This document shows positions 28,294 through 36,887 of a DNA stretch of 64,000 nt, piece by piece; positions within the stretch are counted from its first letter, which is position 1; each line of letters begins with the position of its first letter. The notes under the pieces are model-generated. The model made no database searches and was not told the origin of the DNA. It saw nothing but the letters and a program-made list of their open reading frames with translations. The stretch covers positions 11,012 through 75,011 of the forward strand of contig DATIFS010000075.1 in the NCBI GenBank assembly GCA_035455105.1, in the 5' to 3' direction. Source of the stretch: Nitrosarchaeum sp. Its GTDB lineage: Archaea > Thermoproteota > Nitrososphaeria > Nitrososphaerales > Nitrosopumilaceae. The translations under genes were made by a program, and so were the position numbers.

Positions 28294-28756
28294 TCTTGGT
28301 AACGTTATTGGGGAATTATGCAAGATAATAATACCAATTCCAGAGGAATCGTGCCTAGGAAATATTGATTCTTCTATAGCAATTTGTACACTTTCAAGTA
28401 TCGATTTACTCAAAAAAATTTCAAATTCTGAACTTTTGAATCATATTTCAATTGTTGGAAGATTATTTTCTGAAAATAAAGGGATAGATTCTCTCATTAA
28501 ACATGTTAATCAAAATAAAAAAATTAAAACCATTATAGTTTGTGGTAAAGAAGTTTGGGGTCATAAAGCTGGTCATTCTTTATTTGAATTACATAAAAAT
28601 GGAATTGATAACTATGGAAGAATAATTAATTCAACTAGCCCTGAACCATATCTTACTGTAACAAAATCAGAAATAAATTATTTTCAAAATGAAGTTAATC
28701 TTGTAAATATGATAAACGAAACAAATTTTGAGACAATTAAAAAATCTATACTCTAG
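28286..28756 (+). CDS. Stand-alone soluble MtrA-like (corrinoid-binding) protein
   Basis: CTLSS...VGRLFSENKGID...IIVCGKEVWGHKAGHSLFELHKNGID matches the MtrA pattern (SENLGIE...CGSEVQGHITGQ...LHKNG); no C-terminal TM. Confidence 0.8.
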   Translation: MNSLGNVIGELCKIIIPIPEESCLGNIDSSIAICTLSSIDLLKKISNSELLNHISIVGRLFSENKGIDSLIKHVNQNKKIKTIIVCGKEVWGHKAGHSLFELHKNGIDNYGRIINSTSPEPYLTVTKSEINYFQNEVNLVNMINETNFETIKKSIL

Positions 28757-29097
28757 TAACCCGTTCTTTGTCTCTCTCGATTGATCGCATTTTTCTTTTT
28801 ATATTCTTCAAGAATATCTTCTGGAGTCAAATTTAGTTCTAATGATGCTTGAATTACAAAATGCCAAATATCAATTAATTCCTCTCTTGCTTCAGATACA
28901 TTAAATGGAATTGGGGTCTTCCACCATTTCCAATTTGTAGTTCTTTGTAACTCTACTGCTTCATGCATAATCGCAGTACATAATGCAGAAACACGTCCTT
29001 CAGAATCTTTTGGATACCTATCTAATTTCATCATTTCTGATAGACCTTTTTGTAGTTTGAATATTGTTTCTAAACGATCTTCACTATTTTCAGACAT
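28753..29097 (-). CDS. Dimeric all-alpha dUTPase (dUTPase_2/MazG-like)
   Basis: HEAVEL...NWKWWK...EELIDIWHF. Confidence 0.85.
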   Translation of the reverse strand: MSENSEDRLETIFKLQKGLSEMMKLDRYPKDSEGRVSALCTAIMHEAVELQRTTNWKWWKTPIPFNVSEAREELIDIWHFVIQASLELNLTPEDILEEYKKKNAINRERQRTGY

Positions 29098-29146
29098 ATC
29101 TTAAAGTATTCAATTCATCTCCTAAAATAATCAAACTTAAGTCTTT

Positions 29147-30040
29147 TTAGAAACGAATCATCTTCTCATATAATTTTACTCGTTTTGTAATATCTGATTT
29201 TTTAATTTGAAGTAAACCATCTAATCCATATTTTTCAACAGCAAAAGATCCTAACACATTTCCATAAACAACTGCTTTTTTAATTTCTGCTAGGTTGATA
29301 GAATTTTTACTAGCTAGATATCCTATCATAGCACCTGCAAAAGAATCTCCTGCCCCAGTAGGATCTACAACATCTTCCAATGAAAATCCTACACATGGAA
29401 ATATCACATCTTCAAAAAACATCAATGAACCATGTTCGCCTTTTTTAATAATTACATATCTTGCTCCCCAACCCATCATTTTTTTTGCACATTTGATCAA
29501 ATTGAATTCTTTTGTTAGTAGTTTAGCTTCTTCATCATTTATAACAACTGCATCTACAGCTTTAATCATTTTAATTACTGATTCTCGTTTTGTCGATATC
29601 CAAAATTCTATAGTGTCACACATTGAAAATTTTACTTTATCAAACTCTTTAATTAGATTAGAATTTTGATCAGGATCATTATTTGCTAAGTATACAAATT
29701 GAGATTTTTTATATTCTTCAGGAACTGTTGGCTTAAAATCTGCAAGTACATTAAGCTCGGTTTTCAAAGTTTCTCTAGAACTTAGTGTTTTATCATAACT
29801 TCCATCATAACGAAAAGTTTTCCCATCCTTTATGGTCAAGCCCTGTAAATCAAGATATTTTGATAAAATTTGATTATACTCTTTTGGAAAATCTGTTCCT
29901 ACTACAGCTATTAAACCAGTATTTACAAAATTACTTGCTGATATAGCTGCAAATGTTGCAGCTCCCCCTAAAACATCTTTTAGCATTTTTTTTGGCGTTC
30001 TAATGGTATCTAACGCAGTTGAACCAAAAACAGTTAACAT
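29147..30040 (-). CDS. PfkB/ribokinase family kinase
   Basis: GGAATFAA and VDPTGAGDSFAGA. Confidence 0.92.
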   Translation of the reverse strand: MLTVFGSTALDTIRTPKKMLKDVLGGAATFAAISASNFVNTGLIAVVGTDFPKEYNQILSKYLDLQGLTIKDGKTFRYDGSYDKTLSSRETLKTELNVLADFKPTVPEEYKKSQFVYLANNDPDQNSNLIKEFDKVKFSMCDTIEFWISTKRESVIKMIKAVDAVVINDEEAKLLTKEFNLIKCAKKMMGWGARYVIIKKGEHGSLMFFEDVIFPCVGFSLEDVVDPTGAGDSFAGAMIGYLASKNSINLAEIKKAVVYGNVLGSFAVEKYGLDGLLQIKKSDITKRVKLYEKMIRF

Positions 30041-30051
30041 TCTTTAAAAAA

Positions 30052-30504
30052 CTAATTTTGATGTATAAATTCTCTTGCTTGTTCTTCTGATGGATAAAAC
30101 ACAAAAGGTACATCAATTGATGTAAAAACCATATTATATTTTGTCACACCACTTATCTTTACTGTTGAAAATTCTTGCGAATCGGCATTCAAATCTTTTA
30201 GAAAAGTACCACTAGCTGAACTGCTTCCTAGAGGTGAAAGTACAAATGATTCTAAATCCCCAGTTCCAATCATTTCTTCATCTGCTATAACAAAAAATGA
30301 TGTTTTACCTGCAGTTAAAACTAATAATGATGGATTGTTAAACTTTAATTCAACACTATATGTTGAGCCCTTTTCGTTCTTCTCAAGAAGATGACTTTGT
30401 GTAATTGTTACGCCTATTTGTGACGCTAAAACATACTGAGAATATCCAAAAAGACTTAGTACTATGATAGATACTATGATTGCTTTTGTCCTTTTAGAAC
30501 TCAT
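30052..30504 (-). CDS. Membrane-anchored LEA_2/WHy-like beta-sandwich protein
   Basis: N-terminal TM and LKFNNPS motif (NPN-like). Confidence 0.5.
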   Translation of the reverse strand: MSSKRTKAIIVSIIVLSLFGYSQYVLASQIGVTITQSHLLEKNEKGSTYSVELKFNNPSLLVLTAGKTSFFVIADEEMIGTGDLESFVLSPLGSSSASGTFLKDLNADSQEFSTVKISGVTKYNMVFTSIDVPFVFYPSEEQAREFIHQN

Positions 30505-30636
30505 ATCTCAACATCTCAAAATTGCTTTTTAACTAAATAGGAAAAAAATCCAATTTATGTGTGTAAAATTTTTGATCTAATCTTAAATCTCATTAGAGCT
30601 AGCAGAATAAATCAAAATCATTCAATTTATTGGTAG

Positions 30637-31116
30637 ATGGCTAGAATAAAACTCAAGCTTGGTGAGAATGAAATTGAGGTTGACTCTAGAGATTTTTACG
30701 TTGATAATCAAACTTTAGATGAAATTGTTGCAAATATGTCTAGTTGCATACATGAAAATCAGGCAAAAATTATCTATGAAACTAAAAATGAAGAAATCAC
30801 CAAATCAAATGATTCAGTTCAATCTAACCAATATGGCTTGGAATATTTAGATGATGCAGAAGCATTTGAGCCAGAATTTAACGAACCAAAACCAATTAAC
30901 TCTCATGAAATTAAGGCAAAACTAAGGATATTGGAAACCAGTAAATTCTTTGATTCTCCAAAAACCGTAACAGAAACTGTTCAACAATTAAGAGAATATG
31001 GTTGGAGTGCCAGTCCTTTAGATGTATCAAAGGCTCTAGCAAAAATGGCATCTAATAAAGAAATATCAAAGAATTCACAAGAAAATAGAATCCATTATTT
31101 TATACAAATGCATTAA
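30637..31116 (+). CDS. Hypothetical protein with a C-terminal winged helix
   Basis: FFDSPKTVTETVQQLREYGW...DVSKALAKM. Confidence 0.6.
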   Translation: MARIKLKLGENEIEVDSRDFYVDNQTLDEIVANMSSCIHENQAKIIYETKNEEITKSNDSVQSNQYGLEYLDDAEAFEPEFNEPKPINSHEIKAKLRILETSKFFDSPKTVTETVQQLREYGWSASPLDVSKALAKMASNKEISKNSQENRIHYFIQMH

Positions 31117-31119
31117 CAT

Positions 31120-31311
31120 CTAACTAATTTTATACTGACATTTTTCACAATTTTCAAAAATCTCTCCTTCCAAATGATCAAAATGTGTATTACATTGATT
31201 ACATGTGTGATGCATATCATAATATCCATCACTCTCAACTTGTCCAACTCTATTTGATTCAAGATTTGTACTTCCACATTTGATGCAGTGACAACCACAT
31301 TCAATTTTCAT
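31120..31311 (-). CDS. Small Cys/His-rich zinc-ribbon protein
   Basis: CGCHCIKC...HHTCNQC...HFDH...CEKC. Confidence 0.7.
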   Translation of the reverse strand: MKIECGCHCIKCGSTNLESNRVGQVESDGYYDMHHTCNQCNTHFDHLEGEIFENCEKCQYKIS

Positions 31312-31360
31312 AATTTAATCTCCAATAATGTATGTATAGTTGTTTTACATATACAAATCA

Positions 31361-31516
31361 TTGGGAAAAAAACGAGAGATCCCACTTGAAATAGATGATC
31401 ACTTTAAACTATTTGGAAAAGAACCTTGGGAAGTAGATTATGGAGAAAAATGCGTAATCTGCAATGTTAGAATCGATGAATATGGTTTTTGTTCTTGTGG
31501 TTCAGGTGGAGAATAA
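31361..31516 (+). CDS. Small 51-aa Cys-containing protein (TTG start); not in the ORF track
   Basis: MGKKREIPLEIDDHFKLFGKEPWEVDYGEKCVICNVRIDEYGFCSCGSGGE, with CxxC-X9-CxC; it fills an otherwise empty gap. Confidence 0.72.
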   Translation: MGKKREIPLEIDDHFKLFGKEPWEVDYGEKCVICNVRIDEYGFCSCGSGGE

Positions 31517-31576
31517 ATTTTCTAATTATTAATATATAAAAACTCGATCAATTTTCATACTAAATACTTTATTTCA

Positions 31577-32566
31577 TTAACTTTTTTCTGTATTGTTGTC
31601 TTGTATTGTTGAAGTTACTGCGAATTTCTTTTTTCTCATAATTATTAAAACTGCAATCCCAACTGATACAATAACTCCCAATATGATATAGGCAATCCTA
31701 TTTTGATCTACATTTACTGTTGAAGAATTATCTTCTATAGCAGGTTTTTCATTACTTGTGGTTGTATTACTTATAATTGATATATCACCTGAAATATCTG
31801 GCCTCATGCTAAGCCAAACATGTGTCCCATTATTGACATATTCACTAAAAGCTGTTTTATTATCTCCAAGAAACACATTATATGGTCCTGGCAATAATTC
31901 TTGAGGAATTATTGTTGTTATGAATTGTTTTTCTCCCTTAACTTCAAAATTAATGCTTTTTGTTAATTGATCAAAATTAAATTTATTTATCTCTGCAAAA
32001 GTTCTTACTTCAATTACAAATTCTTTATTATCTAATTTTACATTTTCAAATATTTTTGGCATATTCATGGAATATTCTAAAATCATCTGACAACCATGAC
32101 AAGTGATTCCATGTATTTTATCTAAATGTACAGGTCTGTTGTTTGCAAAAATTAAATCAATCTCTTTAGGAATTATAAATGAAGTTGTTTCAAGATACCT
32201 AAAGTCCCACGTCATCATGTTATTTTTTAGAAAAATAACATTGCCAAGATCATATTCTACAATTGTATTTTTCTGTGATGGCAAAATCATAATGGTACTA
32301 TCATCTCCTGTACTTCCAAATTGCTTTTCACTTCCTTCCTGATCTAAAACTTTGAGATTTGTTCTGTCACCATCAATCAAAGTTAATTGTTGAGGCATAT
32401 TTGAAGAGGAAATCACATGCTTTACATGAATTTCATTTGATGAATTAATTACAACCTCGACTAATTTTTGCTCCGCTTTCTGACCAATAGATATCTGTGC
32501 ATATACCGTAGGAATTGCTACTATCAATAACAGTGTCATAAAAAAAGCAATTTGCTTTAAACTCAT
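31577..32566 (-). CDS. Secreted/surface protein with a C-terminal membrane anchor
   Basis: Signal peptide; C-terminal TM followed by RKKK. Confidence 0.75.
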   Translation of the reverse strand: MSLKQIAFFMTLLLIVAIPTVYAQISIGQKAEQKLVEVVINSSNEIHVKHVISSSNMPQQLTLIDGDRTNLKVLDQEGSEKQFGSTGDDSTIMILPSQKNTIVEYDLGNVIFLKNNMMTWDFRYLETTSFIIPKEIDLIFANNRPVHLDKIHGITCHGCQMILEYSMNMPKIFENVKLDNKEFVIEVRTFAEINKFNFDQLTKSINFEVKGEKQFITTIIPQELLPGPYNVFLGDNKTAFSEYVNNGTHVWLSMRPDISGDISIISNTTTSNEKPAIEDNSSTVNVDQNRIAYIILGVIVSVGIAVLIIMRKKKFAVTSTIQDNNTEKS

Positions 32567-33046
32567 TTATTCCACTTTAACATTAATCATTTTTGCTTCT
32601 TCTAGAGGACAATCATTGCGATCTCTTTGCAAATTTACAATTTTATCTGCTACATCCATTCCTTCTATTACTTCCCCAAATACCGTGTACTGTCTATCTA
32701 AAAATGTACTATCTGTAGTAACTATAAAAAATTGTGAGCCTGCACTGTTTGGATCCTGTGATCTAGCCATAGAAACAATACCCCTATGATGTGACCTTGA
32801 ACTAAATTCTGCTTTAATTGTATGACCAGGTCCACCCATTCCCCAAGTACTCTTATTTCCACTTTTTGTATTAGGATCTCCTCCCTGAATCATAAATCCA
32901 GGAATAACTCTATGAAAAAGTGTACCATTATAGAACCCGTCTTTAGCTAACTTCTCAAAGTTTCTTACCGTTTCTGGTGCCAAATCTGGAAGTAATTTGA
33001 ATACAATCGTTCCTAAATTGGTTTCAATAATTGCTGTACTCAACAC
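32567..33046 (-). CDS. Cyclophilin-type peptidyl-prolyl isomerase
   Basis: FHRVIPGFMIQGGDP, SMAR and AGSQFFI. Confidence 0.96.
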   Translation of the reverse strand: MLSTAIIETNLGTIVFKLLPDLAPETVRNFEKLAKDGFYNGTLFHRVIPGFMIQGGDPNTKSGNKSTWGMGGPGHTIKAEFSSRSHHRGIVSMARSQDPNSAGSQFFIVTTDSTFLDRQYTVFGEVIEGMDVADKIVNLQRDRNDCPLEEAKMINVKVE

Positions 33047-33201
33047 GTATAATTTATTGTCTTATCATAAGAGTCTTTTTGTAATAAATTTAAAATCGTC
33101 AGTTATTAATTATAATTTAAACAATTTTAGAAAAATCTGCGTTTTTCGTTAATAACATATTTTTATAATTACTAAATAAAATTTTATTTTAAATTATCTT
33201 C

Positions 33202-33217
33202 TAACTATTAATAGTTA
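33202..33217. promoter_or_regulatory. Perfect 16-bp palindrome TAACTATTAATAGTTA upstream of a small HTH gene
   Basis: Exact palindrome about 36 bp upstream of a TATA-like TTATATA at 33253-33259. Confidence 0.3.
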
Positions 33218-33282
33218 AATCAAAAATTAAACTATTTCAAAAAGTTATAGTCTTATATAGAACAACTAAAATTTAGTATTCG

Positions 33283-33504
33283 TTGAATCGTACAAACCAA
33301 AGCACGATCATTAAAGAAGCGATTAATTCTTATCTTGACAAAGGGGTAACTGACAAACAGGATATCTATACCAAAGTTGTAGATGAATTAGGTGTTCCAA
33401 GACCAACTGTTAGAAGAGTTGCAAGAGATTTGAGAACTGAATTACTACAAAAAATCCAGATCCTACAATCAGATATGCCTAAAACATCTACTGAAGACGA
33501 ATAA
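33283..33504 (+). CDS. Small HTH-like protein
   Basis: KQDIYTKVVDELGVPRPTVRRVARDL. Confidence 0.65.
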   Translation: MNRTNQSTIIKEAINSYLDKGVTDKQDIYTKVVDELGVPRPTVRRVARDLRTELLQKIQILQSDMPKTSTEDE

Positions 33505-33588
33505 AATACACTTTCTTTTTCTTTTTACTTAGTATCAATTTTTAGGATCAACATTACTGTTATAAACAATGAATTTTTTCCATAAGTT

Positions 33589-34074
33589 ATGGGATATCTT
33601 GGAAACCATTTAGCAACAGTGGTTACGGGCGTCTTTGCAGCCGTACTCACTGGACTATGGCCTTATTTTGTGGGTTTTGCACCTATCCTAGAATTTGTAT
33701 TTGTTATAACTGTACCAATTACTTGGTTTCTTACTTTTGTCTGTTGGATTTCTCAAAAGAGTACTGATTACATGCATAAATCTCAAACTCATGTAAGTCA
33801 TACTGAAAAAAAAAGCTTGAGTAATACACAAACCGTTCAAATTTACACATCAGATGGAAATCAAGTTAGTTTAACTGAAATTAAAGCAGCACAAAATGAA
33901 TTATCTGGCGAACTAAACAAGCTCAAAGAAACTGTAAAAATAAAAGATAGTGAAATTGAAAGATTAAATCAAGAAATTTCTAATCTGCAAACTTTGGTTC
34001 AAATTGAATCATTAAAAACAGAACTTGCTAATCTTAAGATGTTAGCATCTGAACGTAAAACCAAAAACAAATAA
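33589..34074 (+). CDS. Two-TM membrane protein with a C-terminal coiled coil
   Basis: Hydrophobic N-terminus; heptad-rich ELNKLKE...LKTELANLK. Confidence 0.7.
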   Translation: MGYLGNHLATVVTGVFAAVLTGLWPYFVGFAPILEFVFVITVPITWFLTFVCWISQKSTDYMHKSQTHVSHTEKKSLSNTQTVQIYTSDGNQVSLTEIKAAQNELSGELNKLKETVKIKDSEIERLNQEISNLQTLVQIESLKTELANLKMLASERKTKNK

Positions 34075-34078
34075 CGCT

Positions 34079-34192
34079 TTAATCCTTACAGTGACAACAT
34101 ACTATACCATGATTATCTTTGCAACCTGGACAGCTTACTGCACCACCATAATGACATTTACATGAACATAATTCTGTTAGATCTTTTTTCAT
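34079..34192 (-). CDS. 37-aa metallothionein-like peptide; not in the ORF track
   Basis: MKKDLTELCSCKCHYGGAVSCPGCKDNHGIVCCHCKD: 8 Cys and 3 His. Confidence 0.7.
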   Translation of the reverse strand: MKKDLTELCSCKCHYGGAVSCPGCKDNHGIVCCHCKD

Positions 34193-34250
34193 ATTTGATA
34201 GTATTATTTGTGCGCTATGTTAATATTTCACTTTTACCGTTTTAATCTGA

Positions 34251-34742
34251 ATGATTCAGAACAAATCTTTTAAACTAAATAAGAAAATCACTGTAATGAA
34301 TACAAATACAATATTTGCTTGTATTGTTGCATCTGTATTATTTACTACTGTTATGATTAATACAAACTCTTTTGCTGAACCTGTTGAATCACAAACAATT
34401 ATCACACCAATTAATGATTCTATTGGAATTGAAAAAACAACTCTCCAAATGTTTATTTCAAAAGATAACAAATTACCATGGGGATTTGTTGAAGGAAAAG
34501 TTTCAAATCATGTTGCTGACTATCCTGTAATTATTCAGATTTTTGATAATGATAGCATTATTTCAGGAAATAATATTGGTGCTGTAAAATTTGCACAAAT
34601 TCCAGTAAGTGAAGACGGTTCATATGAATACAAATTTAGAGTACTTGATTCAAATCAAGAAAAAACAATAAAATTATTTGATGGTGGTTACACTGTTAAA
34701 ATCTTCAAAGTAGTCTATCTACATCCTAGTCTTGTAGTTTAG
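34251..34742 (+). CDS. Secreted hypothetical protein; probable start at 34296
   Basis: Signal-peptide-like N-terminus and a beta-sandwich-like body. Confidence 0.7.
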   Translation: MIQNKSFKLNKKITVMNTNTIFACIVASVLFTTVMINTNSFAEPVESQTIITPINDSIGIEKTTLQMFISKDNKLPWGFVEGKVSNHVADYPVIIQIFDNDSIISGNNIGAVKFAQIPVSEDGSYEYKFRVLDSNQEKTIKLFDGGYTVKIFKVVYLHPSLVV

Positions 34743-35265
34743 AAGCCATTTTCAAAGTTTCATCTACCAATTCTGTTAGTCTTTTTTTAGCATCTTCATC
34801 CGATATGGCATTTTCTGAGATTGACCCTGTAGTGAGAAATACTGCTTTAGGGTTAGTAATTACTCTAAAATATGATAATAATTGCGTGATCAAAGTTTGA
34901 ACATCAATAAATCCAATATTACCCGATGCTAAAATTGCCATACCTGCTACTTTTCCCTCAGTTTTTTTATAATTAACATATTCAAACAAATTTTTTAATG
35001 CTGAACTAAAAAATGAATTATAAATTGGTGTTCCAATTAGCCAAACATCTGCATCCATAATATCTTTAGCTGCCGTTTTTGTATACTCATTGTATTCCTC
35101 TTCTGGTCCTCTATAACATTCGATTTTTCCTTCTGAAAGATTAATTAGTTTAGTATCTACGTTTTTTGTTTTTGTATATTCAAAAACATATTTCATCATT
35201 ACTTGAGTATTGGCATTTTTTCTAGGACTTCCTGAAATTATTACTACTTTCATATTTTTGTTCAT
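34726..35265 (-). CDS. NADPH-dependent FMN reductase (flavodoxin-like)
   Basis: ISGSPRKNANT and GTPIYNSFFSSALKN. Confidence 0.9.
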   Translation of the reverse strand: MNKNMKVVIISGSPRKNANTQVMMKYVFEYTKTKNVDTKLINLSEGKIECYRGPEEEYNEYTKTAAKDIMDADVWLIGTPIYNSFFSSALKNLFEYVNYKKTEGKVAGMAILASGNIGFIDVQTLITQLLSYFRVITNPKAVFLTTGSISENAISDEDAKKRLTELVDETLKMASKLQD

Positions 35266-35314
35266 TTATCTTTATATTTAAATAACAACAAATTTTTTTT
35301 TTGAAAATTAAAAG

Positions 35315-35408
35315 CGGGCTTGGAGGGCTTCGATCCCTCGACCTGTAACTTAGGAGGCTACTGCGCTATCCAAGCTTCGCGTCAAAAATGACTCTGCGCC
35401 ACAAGCCC
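35315..35408 (-). tRNA. tRNA-Arg(CCT) with a 19-nt intron at position 15/16 (35375..35393)
   Basis: Acceptor GGGCTTG/CAAGCCC, anticodon arm GTAGC-CT-CCT-AA-GTTAC, T-arm GAGGG-ATCGAAG-CCCTC. Removing AGTCATTTTTGACGCGAAG restores the D-arm GCGC-AGCTTGGATA-GCGC. Confidence 0.92.
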
Positions 35409-35432
35409 AGCAAAAAAATTACTTGTAATTAT

Positions 35433-36143
35433 TTAAGCGTAGTCCAGATTATCTTTGATCATTTCTTGTATTTTATTCCAATCTTCATTCTTGGTATCTT
35501 GCCATTTTTCAAAATACACCACATCTTTAAGTTCTAGTCTTGGAAGCCATCCTGCTATTTCAAGATCAGGTTTTTGTGCAAATTCATCTACATATCCTAA
35601 ACAAAGATATGCTATAGGAACAACATGTTCTGGTAATTCTAAAACTTCTTTGAGTGTATCATTTGAAAGAATACTTACCCAACCAAGTCCAAGTCCTTCT
35701 GTTCTTGCAGCTAACCATAAATTCTGAATAGCACAACATACACTATACAATCCTGCTTCAGGAATACTAGATCTACCAATAACAAAAGGCCCAAATTTTG
35801 AAGGATCATATGTAACACATAGGTTAATAGGCGATTCTAAAATTCCTTCGAGTTTAAATGAAAGATATTTTGATTTCTTTGGTTCTTCAACTAATTTTGA
35901 CGAACGATTTTTTTCTTCTTCAAAAGAATCTTTAATTTTCTTTTTTGTAATGGGATCTTTTATTAAAATAAAATTCCATGGTTGAGAAAACCCAACAGAT
36001 GGTGCATGATGTGCAGCATTTAGAATTCTAGTTAAAACATCTTCTTTGATAGATCGTGAGATAAAATGGGATCTAACGTCTCTTCTTGAATAAATTGCCT
36101 TGTAGAGGCCTTTTTTTTCATCATTTGTAAATTCTCCTGACAA
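35433..36143 (-). CDS. bluB: 5,6-dimethylbenzimidazole synthase
   Basis: SRRDVR, APSVGFSQPWNF, SVCCAIQNLWLAARTEGLGLGWVS and YLCLGY. Confidence 0.92.
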   Translation of the reverse strand: MSGEFTNDEKKGLYKAIYSRRDVRSHFISRSIKEDVLTRILNAAHHAPSVGFSQPWNFILIKDPITKKKIKDSFEEEKNRSSKLVEEPKKSKYLSFKLEGILESPINLCVTYDPSKFGPFVIGRSSIPEAGLYSVCCAIQNLWLAARTEGLGLGWVSILSNDTLKEVLELPEHVVPIAYLCLGYVDEFAQKPDLEIAGWLPRLELKDVVYFEKWQDTKNEDWNKIQEMIKDNLDYA

Positions 36144-36226
36144 CTCTTAAGGGTCATTTTTCTTTTTATTCAATCCTTTCTTTTGTTAAACGTTAATAAT
36201 GCCTGCACCTAAGATTTTATTTCAAT

Positions 36227-36300
36227 GGGCCGGTAGTCTAGCCGGTTAGGATACTGCCCCGACATGGCAGTGATCGTGAGTTCGAATCTCACTCGGCCCA
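36227..36300 (+). tRNA. tRNA-Val(GAC)
   Basis: GGGCCGG/TCGGCCC acceptor, CTGCC-CC-GAC-AT-GGCAG anticodon arm and GTGAG-TTCGAAT-CTCAC T-arm. Confidence 0.96.
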
Positions 36301-36310
36301 CTTTTTAAAT

Positions 36311-36805
36311 TTAAGTTGAAATCTTGAATTGCTTTTCAATTATGCTCCAGGAAGTTTCTGTTGTTATGGTTCCCTCTGCACTAAAACTATTGATATTACC
36401 ATCTAAAACCGCTTGATATATTTCAGAATCGACATTGGATTTATTTAAAACAAATGTATTTTTCAAAGGAATTTCAGCTCCAGAATAAAACACTGCTCTT
36501 CCCGGCATTGAAATATCTTCAGTGGAGTATTGACCAGAACCTAATAGTTGTCCATTCGCAAAAAGTTTGTAACCTATAATTGGAACAGTAAATGTTTTTT
36601 CACTTGGATTCTTTACAAGAAAAGTAACTTCTAATTTAGCAGAATTTTCAATTTTGTTAATATCTTTAACCTCTACACTTTGCAATTTAATTTCAACTTG
36701 TTCTAAATTAGAATTATCCAGACTAGCATACCATACAATTATTCCCATTAATCCAAATAATCCTGCAATTGCTGCGTATACTATCATTTTATTTTGTATT
36801 CCCAA
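36311..36805 (-). CDS. Membrane-anchored LEA_2/WHy-like protein
   Basis: N-terminal TM; VTFLVKNPSEKTFTV...GYKLFANGQLLGSG. Confidence 0.6.
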   Translation of the reverse strand: MGIQNKMIVYAAIAGLFGLMGIIVWYASLDNSNLEQVEIKLQSVEVKDINKIENSAKLEVTFLVKNPSEKTFTVPIIGYKLFANGQLLGSGQYSTEDISMPGRAVFYSGAEIPLKNTFVLNKSNVDSEIYQAVLDGNINSFSAEGTITTETSWSIIEKQFKIST

Positions 36806-36887
36806 TTCAATGTTACCACCTTATGTACAACTAAAAAACGTTGTCAAGATCCAAATACATAATATTTGATTTGAAATATGAGATGTT

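Noticed and set aside
31113-31304. 63-aa minus-strand ORF in a different frame from the Cys-rich ORF
   Set aside because: The overlapping frame 31120..31311 has coherent metal-binding motifs and this one does not.
33046-33283. Long AT-rich gap considered as a replication origin
   Set aside because: No ORB-like elements with G-strings and no adjacent cdc6/orc1 gene.
33283-35315. Possible integrated element at the 3' end of tRNA-Arg or tRNA-Val
   Set aside because: I found no integrase, no duplicated tRNA 3' segment (att) and no mobile-element genes in the window.
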